Shown here: in pieces, positions 1-8,294 of the stretch
How the letters are laid out: every line of letters starts with the position of its first letter
Numbering within the stretch: the first letter of the stretch is position 1
DNA from: Anthoceros angustus
Lineage: Eukaryota; Plantae; Anthocerotophyta
NCBI GenBank assembly: GCA_010909165.1
Contig: VJWM01000368.1
Location: 1 to 33,123, forward strand
Direction of reading: 5' to 3'
Length of the DNA stretch: 33,123 nt
Notes under the pieces: model-generated
Seen by the model: only the letters and a program-made list of their open reading frames with translations
What the model was told of the DNA's origin: nothing
The model's database searches: none
Position numbers and translations under genes: made by a program

Positions 1-408
1 CAAAGCCAAGCTTTTATCAAGCTCTTCTTTGACGGTGAATGGAAGGTCATCCAGGGAGAAAGACTGCTCGGCTCTTCAGAGCTAGGTCTTCTTCTGCCCG
101 TCCTGAAAATGCTTTTTGCTGGGGCATTACAGCTCTTTTTCTTTCGGTAGTCATAGGCCGATTGTCTTGTAATCTTTCCAAGTGGTGATGATTATATCGT
201 CGTATCCATTTCTGAATAGTACTTGTACTATATCCCAGAGCTTTCCTATCTGATAAGCGCTTTCTTCCATCGCCATGGCTATGGCTCTTAATGGGTGGCT
301 GTATCTAGCAGATGGTTGCCTCTTTGCCAGGGCGTTTAGCTCCTCGATTGTATGATAAGCAGCTACAAACATGGGTGCCTCCTCCTTCTTCCATACCTTT
401 TCATTCAA
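1..408 (-). mobile_element. IS630-family transposase, 5' part (continues past the window start); element end probably near 515-518
   Basis: Reads MFVAAYHTIEELNALAKRQ..AIAMAMEE.., then across a frameshift IQKWIRRYNHHHLE.LQDNR. This is the winged-helix N-terminus typical of IS630 transposases. The family call is from motif recognition. Confidence 0.7.
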
Positions 409-538
409 TTATCCTCCTTATTAAAATTTAGTAAAAGACAGTTTGTATCCTTAAACTTTATGGTTGGCAAAGTTTTTTAATCATAAGCATTCTTCATTCT
501 TTTGCGCGGAGTTATTAACAACGCTAAAGTTCCTAAAA

Positions 539-2353
539 CGGAAGTTCCATTTTTTTAAACCAATCAGTAGTAAACAAGGTTTTGATTGTTAAAACTTATG
601 TTTGTTTCGACGCTTTTTCTAGTGACTACATGTGCATGATTCTTTGGCAAAACTTTTGGTAACTCTATCTTTAAAGCCTCAAGCATTTGTCTATTTTGGT
701 GACGTGGTTCTGGAATTTGCTGAAAACTTAAGCCTTCATTTAACGTCCATTCTATTAGCGTTAATGTAGATAAACTGCGCAACCCTCTTCTACTGTTAAA
801 TAAAGGTCCTTCCAGGCTTTATCAAGCTCTCGGATAATCATGTAGGCTAACATTACAACCAAAACATGGCCCCTTGTACTTTCTTCTGAACGTACATAGA
901 CTGGCTGTATTTCAAGATCGCTTTTACTGTTCTAAAAGCTGATTCTACCCTAGCTAAATCTTTGTAACGGTCATGTATCTCTTGCATACTCACTTCGTGA
1001 GCTAGATCGGTTTTAATTACATAGCAGCCATCTAGCTTAGCATCTCCTGCTAACATTTCTTGATTAAGGCATAACGATAAGCTTCTATCTTGTGCGCTAA
1101 CTGTTACACAGCTTTTAAGTGCTAAACGCTCAATTTTAGCCTTAATTTTCTTTAGCGCTACTTCCATGTGTGCTTTGGGATGAGCCTGCAAATAGGCATT
1201 TTGCATAGCAACCAATTTCTCTATGCTAGCTAGCTAAGACGAGAATGAGCGATTTCTTGGGCGCACAGGATTGCGTCTAAGAATATATCTTATCCATTTT
1301 CTTTGACTTCAACCAAGTTTTCATCAAATAGGGTATATTCACACCTTTTTTCATTAAAGTCTCTATCTGGGCTTTTGTCAGAGCGGTAATATAATGAAAA
1401 CCATGCGCTTGCAAGTTCTCGATCTGCCCGCTTTTAATCATTCCTCTATCGCCTACAAAAGTGACCTTTTCGCAGTTAAAGCGTTCTTTAGCTTTTTGAT
1501 TTGGGCATGAAAAGTAGAGTGTCTTGCGTATGACCTTTAAATACTTCTGCCGATACAGGTGCACCTCAGCTGAACTCCGATAACAATTTGTTTTTACCTT
1601 TCTTTTGTCTCGGTTGTAACCCCAAGCGGCAAGCTCATTTTTTCGCCTTCTAAATAGGAGCTAGTGACATCATACAAAAATAAGTGAGGAGCTTTCTTGG
1701 GAAACTTTTAGTAAACAATCGATCTTCGATAGAGGCTTGGTTTTGGCATAACCACAAAAGATTTTATAAAGATCTTCTTCATTAAAGCCTTCTTGCAGAT
1801 CAATGACCGGAGCAATAGCATAGGTTTTGCCAGCCTGACTGCAGAAAGTCTTGAGCCTTGCTCCAATACGCGTGCCAGCACTTGCCATAACGCGAGCTGA
1901 CCTTCTCGGTTGTTGCCAAGAGCATCCACAATTCCTAAACGTTTAGCCATTTGGTAGATCACCCATACGCCACCAATAGATAGACCTTCTTGCATTGTGG
2001 CTTCACGGCAAGAGGCTAAGGCTTGAGATTACCTTTGTATTTTAAAGCTAACTCGATAGCAGTAATTTTCTTCGGTTGTGCAATTGGATAGATTACCAAC
2101 CGTACGTTTTTGACGGTTTTGCCTTCTCTGTAGGATTCGCGTAGCAAAATCGTTTCATAAACTTTACCAGCAGCTGATTTGAATTTTGATCTTACTATAT
2201 GCATACCTACATAAATACACTAGTAATCATATTTATGTAAATACTAAAACACATTTCAATAAATTTTTGGTGACTACAAATTTTTATAAAAAGCTGTAAG
2301 CCTCTAATAATAAAACAATTAACCGCTTTAACTTTATAAAAATGGAACTTCCG
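539..2353 (-). mobile_element. IS1634-family insertion sequence, complete (1815 bp)
   Basis: 21-bp terminal inverted repeats: CGGAAGTTCCATTTTTTTAAA (539-559) and the reverse complement of 2333-2353 match at 20/21. Flanked by a 6-bp direct repeat CTAAAA (533-538 and 2354-2359). Encloses a transposase. Confidence 0.9.
564..2204 (-). CDS. IS1634-family DDE transposase (frameshifted in this read)
   Basis: Fragments ILLRESYREGKTVK, ALWQVLARVLEQGSRL, VTFVGDRGMIKSGQIE, LDGCYVIKTDL and YKDLARVESAFRTVK are characteristic IS1634 blocks. They span about 545 codons. Confidence 0.9.
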
Positions 2354-2616
2354 CTAAAATATAAAGAGTAAAAGCAAGAGCAAAGAGAAAGGTTTAAAAA
2401 TTTTTTGCTTGGGACAGGGAGTAGTAAGTTATCAAAATAGCTGAAGCCTTTCCTAAGCCTTACACCTAAAGTTGTGGTATGTTTATGGGAGAGTCGGGGA
2501 GTTTGTTCTCTCCTAGGTTTTATGGCTTTCTAACCAGGAAAGGAAATCCGACTTTAATCCATCTTTAAGAAGAGACGCATAAAAGATAAGAGCTCTGAAA
2601 ATTATATGGTAAACTC

Positions 2617-3779
2617 TCAAATTAGGTTAATAATAAAGGCCTGCGAGTAGATGGAGCGCGATGAAACCTCATCCCAAAAGGATGAAGATTTAAGTTCTTC
2701 CATGAGATAAACTTTAGAGCTATCCTCTTTGTCTTGCCTTTGAAGGTAAAATCCTGTGAAACCATGGAGTTGCGCATCTGCTAGATGATTCACCTCAGGA
2801 GTTCTTATACTTGCAAACAAGCGGGCAGCTGCACTCTCTACTTTAAATTGAGTATAGTCACTCCACTTGTTTCTTAATACAGGAGTTACAAGAAGTCCTC
2901 CCTTTGGCCTGAGGTTCAAGGGGCGTTAAGCTAACTGAGAGTCTCTCTTTAATTTTTTGAGCCAACTTGTCGGCAGAGCCAGGAAAATAGCTAAGGAAAA
3001 GTGAGGGCTCAATCATTTCTACTTCCACCACGGCTAACGCAGAACCTTTCTTGATCGTCTACCTAGCATGTAAATAAGGTTGTTCAGTAGCAAAGATTTT
3101 TAACTTCGTTGATCCAAGTAGGTGGAGTAACTGGTTGAACGGAGCCTCCATGTGCGCTTTGTACTAAAATTGCCCATCTGCCGGTTTTTAACACACAATG
3201 GATAAACTCTTCTTCGAAGAAGATAAAGGACCATTCGCCTTCTGTCATGATTTCTTTCATAAAGGTTGAACTATTAAGTCATAAGGATAACCTTCAAAGT
3301 GAGCTTGCATTTCTTGGACAGTAGAAGAATTAAATCAAGTGTGATCTCCACTAGCAGAAATACTAGGTTTTATCGCATTCTTCCCATCCATATTTTTCTA
3401 AAAGGTTGGGTAAATTTTTAAATCTTTAGAAGATAAATAAATACTATCAATGACCTTAACTCCTTTCTCTGCTAGCTTTTTAAATAAACTTTTGAAGCAT
3501 TCAACAGATGGTGCTAAGGGGTTAAAAGTGGGATTCCTTGTTTTCAATATTGCCTAAGGTTTGCAAGAAAAAGTTAAACTTATCGGTATGATAGTCCCAA
3601 GTAGAAAAACTAACACTTTGATAGTCTTTCCAATTGTTTTGAGGATCATCCCAAATCACTGAGCGAGCATCTATTTGCTGTTTTGCAAGGCTCTTATTAA
3701 TAAATTATCATCTTCTTGATTCGGAGCAATTGCTACTTGTGAGCAAAGCAAGGCTAGCTAAGAGAGTCGTTAAAATCAT
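2617..3779 (-). CDS. ATP-grasp ligase, RimK/GshB-like (DcsG-like subgroup), with a possible ~100-aa C-terminal extension
   Basis: Joined across frameshifts: LALLTSS..EDDNLLIRAL..VIWDDP..STWDYH..AIKPSISASG..IVQPFMKEIMTEGEWSFIFFEEEFIHCVLKKPADGQFLVQSAHGGSVQPV..VEVEMIEPSLFL..ADKLAQKI. These match the conserved blocks of this family. The true stop may be near 2930 or at 2617. Confidence 0.75.
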
Positions 3780-4213
3780 ACATTCCTCAATTTATAAATT
3801 TTATCTAACGTAGGAAGCTAAAAAGATTGTAAGCAATGATAGTTTGTTTTCTATTTAAAATTTTTATAGCTAGTCTTAAATTAAGGCTGGCTATCCTTAG
3901 GTAAAAATAAATTAATCATTGATGTCCAAACAAAGGCTCTGGGAGAGAGCTTAAGTTATCTATCCTAACCCTTACGACCGAGCGTATAGAGCTGCCTCTT
4001 TCAAAGCAGTGTTTTGCTTTAATATTTTTATTTATTAATTTATTAATTGTTCTGCGCTTTATTTTAAAGAGACCATAGAAAATAGTGAGTGAGGATAGGC
4101 AAAATGGATTTTATACAGGCAGATCGCCAAAAGTACTGGAAAGGTGAGGTAAGAAGAACTTGATCAAAAACTTGCGTAAAAGGTACTAATCCGAATTAGC
4201 TGCTTAAAAATTC

Positions 4214-4240
4214 TTGAAAATGTATCCCATAAGATACAAT
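4214..4240 (+). promoter_or_regulatory. Putative sigma-70-type promoter with an internal operator palindrome for the TA operon
   Basis: TTGAAA (4214-4219) and TACAAT (4235-4240), 15 bp apart as read. Inverted repeat TGTATC-N6-GATACA at 4221-4238. Toxin ATG is at 4249. Confidence 0.5.
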
Positions 4241-4248
4241 AAGGATAT

Positions 4249-4571
4249 ATGGAAGGAATAGAAATCGAATTACACGAAACAGCAAATGGTAAGCAACCCT
4301 TTGAAATCTGGATCAAGGATATCAAAGAAATCCATACACGGGCCAAAATCCTGACACGGCTTGATCGCTTAAGGCTGGGGACTTCGGCGATTGCAAAACC
4401 TTACAAAGGGGTTTGCGAGCTTAGAATTCATTACGGACCCGGATTATTACGGAAAGATTGGGAATAAAGTCATTTTGCTTCTTTGTGGCGGTGATAAAAG
4501 CTCCCAAGAAAGGGATATTGCTAAAAGCAAAAGATTATCAATTAAGAGAGTTAGATCATGGCAAGAAGTAA
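4249..4571 (+). CDS. Type II TA toxin, RelE/ParE superfamily (HigB-like 'addiction module killer protein')
   Basis: MEGIEIELHETANGKQPFEIWIKDIKEIHTRAKILTRLDRLRLG..GVCELRIHYGPG..YYGKIGNKVILLLCGGDKSSQERDIAKAK. Classic toxin-first (HI1419-like) family sequence. Confidence 0.9.
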
Positions 4572-4853
4572 AAATATCAAAATTTCTGCTCAAGCACTTA
4601 AAGGATCACGATGAAGCTGTTGCATACCCTAAATGCTGCGCTAGAAGAAAGCCTTAAAGGCGGTGAGGAATCACAACATCTTTTTAATGGCTCTACGTAA
4701 CGTCGCAGAAGCTCAAGGCGGCGTTGGCGCATTGGCTAAAAGCTCATGTAGGCCGTGAAAGCCTCTACAAAACCCTTTCAGGAGCCGGTAATCCTAAATG
4801 GCACACGCTTGTTTCATTATGTAGCAATGGAATTGAACTTGAGATTAAGTTAG
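4558..4853 (+). CDS. Type II TA antitoxin, HTH (HigA-like 'addiction module antidote protein')
   Basis: LLKHLKDHDEAVAYLNAALEE..LFLMALRNVAEAQGGVGALAK..VGRESLYKTLSGAGNPKWHTLVSL..MGLNLRLS*. Overlaps the 3' end of the toxin gene. Confidence 0.9.
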
Positions 4854-4928
4854 ACTATGAAGATTGACATCGACGTTTTCAAGCTTCATTAAAAATAAAA
4901 TTTTCATGGGGATACCTTAAGAGAGTAG

Positions 4929-5016
4929 TTAACGCGAGTTATCAGATAAGGAAATAGTTTAAGGCATGATTTGAAGCAGCCTTAGATTGTTTTCCTTATC
5001 CGATAACTCGCGTTAA
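4929..5016. repeat. 88-bp long inverted repeat (MITE/REP-like palindrome)
   Basis: TTAACGCGAGTTATCAGATAAGGAAA (4929-4954) pairs with TTTCCTTATCCGATAACTCGCGTTAA (4991-5016) at 25/26. Imperfect pairing continues inward (TAAGGC/GCCTTA), leaving a 13-nt loop. Confidence 0.8.
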
Positions 5017-5039
5017 TGAGATATCAATGCCTAGGGCCA

Positions 5040-5629
5040 TCAATCTAACCTCTAATCTCATTAGGTGTTGATGGTAAAGGATATTATCGAGGGAACTAAA
5101 ATAAGAGTTATATGAACCAACAAGCCATTATTGCTAGATACCTCTTGAAAACGTGAATGGAGTATGAAGTTCCTCATGCGTTAGATGTTGCCATTTCTAA
5201 TTTTATGTACTACCTTCGCTTTAAGAAACATCTGTTTTCTAATAATTCTTTGTCCTACACTCTGCCAAGAAAAAGAGTAATGGCTATCGAGGCCTGGTCA
5301 TTTTGACCGGCGCGTAGTTATTAGTTTGTCGCTAGTTGTGGGCTGCTATTTCTACGCCGGCCTTGCTGTAGAGGTCGGCTTTTCTTTTAGCTCTAGGAAT
5401 GAGAGGTACGGCGGCGCAATGGAAATTCTGCTGCTAGGGGAACGTGAAAACTGGCCATTAATAAAAGGCTTTATTTTTCTTGGGAAGTAGGATTAAAAAT
5501 AACAAGAGCTAGCGCTTATCCTCTTATACTCAATAGCCGTTTTTATCGCTTTGGGGTAACGTCTCTTGATAGGCATAAGATAAAATTCTCAAATAAGACA
5601 GCCTTTGATTGATTTAAAAGCTTATCCAT
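5040..5629 (-). CDS. Possible hypothetical protein (fragmented)
   Basis: Protein-like stretches on the minus strand (MDKLLNQ.., ALALVIFNPTSQEK, AAVPLIPRAKRKADLYSKAGVEIAAH). No family recognised and both ends are uncertain. Confidence 0.3.
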
Positions 5630-5728
5630 TTATTTTCAAATGCCATTCATCATGCTTGAATGTTGAAATATTATTTTAATAGCATTTATTTCAAACCCTC
5701 TCTAATATGATCGTTGATGAATATAGAA

Positions 5729-7977
5729 AAAGAAATTTAAAGTCCTTACATATAAAAAGGTAGCGAAATGAAAATTTAGATAAAGAGGTTAAACAAATGA
5801 ACCCTTTGCATCCAAATCCTCTGTTTTATTTCCTGTATTTAAGACTCTTTCTTGGTTTAGAGAAGAAACAAATATTTATTCCGAGATCGCAGTCAAGATT
5901 TCTCAAAATTGGGAGCCTCGATCTATGTCAAGCAGAGGAGTTTGCCAAGAATGGAAGCAACTGATTCAAGCAAGTAACTTATGGAAAAGCTCTATTTCCA
6001 AGAAGCTAGCAAAGTTTCCTCGTCAGAAAAAGAATCCGCTATAGGTACACTCCTTCGGAAATATTGTTAAAATTTTTTCCTTTTGCCTGTTAAAGAACTT
6101 GTCTTAGCCAGCAGGTATGCAAGAGCTGGTATGAATTAGGCAGAAACTGCACTTTGGAAATGTTTACTTGGGAAAACTTATCCTACTTTATCTGCTATAC
6201 TCGAGACGATGAAAATCTCTCCCAAAGATCTAATTGTGGCTCAATACAATATAGAAGCTAATCGTGTGCAAATTATTGATTTACTTCCTATGGCATTGGA
6301 AAAAGGATATAATAAAACTCGCAAGCAGCGTTTTCTTCTAATGGTAAGCATGTAATTATTTTAATAATGACCTACTTACCCTTCCTTGGGACATTGCTCG
6401 TGACATTGTTAGCCTTTGGGATGCTAATACGGGAAAATGTCTACAGGTTTGGGAGGAATTACTTGGAGCAAAGATCTATTTCTTTTCTTCAGGTAGCCAG
6501 TGGCTAATTATCAATAGATCTAAGTCCATTAGTCTTTGGAATGCCAACACAGGAGAATGTCTAAAAGCCATAGAAGAAGACCCATTGGGCTGACAAGTAT
6601 TCTTTTCTCCAAATAAGGAACGGCTAGTTACCTGGGGTAGCTCCATTTGCCTTTGGGATGCTAAAACGGGAGAATGCTCTACAGGCTTTAGAAAGACGGG
6701 AATAGAACATCGGAGTTCACAAACACCTTTTCTCCGGATGGCAAGTGGCTGTTTATCGATAGCTCTAAATCCGTTAGCCTTTGGGATGCTAAAACTGGGC
6801 AATGCCTACACACTTTGGAAAAACTGGATAAAAAAAGCCTGTTCACAGAATATCTTTTTCTCCAGATAGCGCGTTGCTAGTTATCACTAGTAATGAATCC
6901 ATTAGCCTTTGGAGTGCTAACACTGGGGCGTGCTTGTTTGGGATGAAATCAGTGAGGTAAGCTCAGTAACTTTTCACCAGATAGCCAGCAAATAGTTATC
7001 GACGACTATGAATTCATCTGCCTTTGGGATCTTAAAACTAGAGAATGGGTCTGCACTTTGGATGAATGCGGGATGCCTCCATCATATCTTTCAGATGGTC
7101 AGCGCCTAATTATTGAGAATAGGCAGTCTCTTTGCCTTTGGGATGTTAAAGCGGGGGAAAAGCTAAAAACTTTAGATGATAAGCTAGCGGCACACACCAC
7201 GGATAATCCTCTTTTCTCCCGACAACCAGCGGATAATTGCCGATACGGTGGATCTCATTCGCCTTTGGGATGCCAACACAGGAGAATGTCTACAGACTTT
7301 AGAAAAACTGGAAAAAAGAGTGGCTTGCAAAAATATCTTTTTCTTCAAATAGTGAAAAGGTAGTTATTTACCTCATCGACTCCATCCACCTTTGGGATGC
7401 ACAAACAGGGAAATGCCTAAAAATTTGGAAGAGCCTGGAAATTTCAAACAAGCATTTTTTCTCCAAACAGTCAATGGTTAGTTATTTCTGACCCACGTGA
7501 AGTTCAATTGTGGGATGCTCAAACAGGTGAATACTTGCGCCCTTTGGGAAAACACTTCGGATACGGGGATACGAGCCAGCATCCTTTTCTCCTAATGGGG
7601 ACAATTATTGATTGGAATGAAAGTTTTCGATTATTTCCCGCCTTAAAGCGGTAGTTTTCAACCCGCGGAATCTCCAAGAAATCTAGAAAAAGAGAGAGAG
7701 CAAACAATCCAACTGAAAAATTGGTAGCAAAAGATCTAAAAAGGAAAGCCAGAAGTGCTAAAAGCCAAGAAGATAGTAGCACCGTTTCAGCGGCCGTGGA
7801 ACATCTTCCACCTCCTCACCAGAAAAAGGAAAAAGGGGAGTAGAGTTAAGGTTTCTATATTTTAAGCATTTATTTTAAAGGGGTAATAAAGCAAATTTCC
7901 CATCTAGTGCTACAATAATTTGGCTCTTCGGGGGTTTACGTGGTAAAAGGTTTATCTAATACTTAAAGTAGTTAAAT
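5729..7977 (+). repeat. Tandem duplication, copy 1 (upstream region, gene and downstream region)
   Basis: Collinear with 8295-10545 from AAAGAAATTTAA through GTAGTTAAAT. Many substitutions between copies, roughly 80-90% identical by eye. Confidence 0.9.
5797..7843 (+). CDS. Eukaryote-like protein with two F-boxes and WD40 repeats, copy 1 (probable secreted effector)
   Basis: F-box 1: IYSEIAVKIFSKLGASDLCQAEGVCQEWKQLIQASNLWKKLYF (~5875-6000). F-box 2: PSEILLKIFSFLPVKELVLSQQVCKSWYEL..ALWKCLL (~6045-6170). Then about 10 LWD(A/N)xTGECL-type repeats roughly 120 bp apart and a basic C-terminal tail. Confidence 0.85.
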
Positions 7978-8294
7978 CTACATGCCTCAGCAAAAAATAA
8001 TTAGGAAATTTGAAGACTAATCAAGTAATATGTTTTCTTTAAAGGTTCAAACTAAGCGACTAAAAGCTATGCAAATAGATACACAAAACATCGATCATTT
8101 AGGATTAGTGGCTGGAATGTGTGAGGAAATAGGATTAGATTGACCTTATACCAAGCAGTAGGTAGCCAGGCGAAGAATAAGCATCTAACCTATGGGCAAG
8201 CTGTTAAATGTATGATCTTAAATAGATTAGGTTTGTAAGCCGGACGCTTACATGTATTCTGAGTACTTTGAAGACAAGCTCATTGACCATTTGT
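7978..8294 (+). mobile_element. Truncated IS left end with the 5' part of a DUF4277-type (IS1634/IS4-like) transposase (ATG at 8069)
   Basis: MQIDTQNIDHLGLVAGMCEEIGL..QAVGSQAKNKHLTYGQAVKCMILNRLGFVSRTL.MYSEYFEDKLIDHL matches the DHLGLVAG..ILNGLGF N-terminal block. It ends abruptly at 8294. Confidence 0.8.

Noticed and set aside
3720-3779. Hydrophobic N-terminus of the ATP-grasp gene read as a signal peptide
   Set aside because: LALLTSS aligns with the first beta-strand (IALVT) of the ATP-grasp family, so export is not supported.
4105-4200. Short ORF-like stretch (MDFIQADRQKYWKGEV) upstream of the toxin
   Set aside because: Too short and unrecognisable. At most a gene remnant.
5356-5388. GC-rich hairpin (GCCGGCCT/AGGTCGGC) followed by a T-run, resembling a terminator or part of an ncRNA
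   Set aside because: It lies inside what reads as minus-strand coding sequence, there is no plus-strand gene directly upstream, and no SRP, 6S, tmRNA or riboswitch motif is recognisable.
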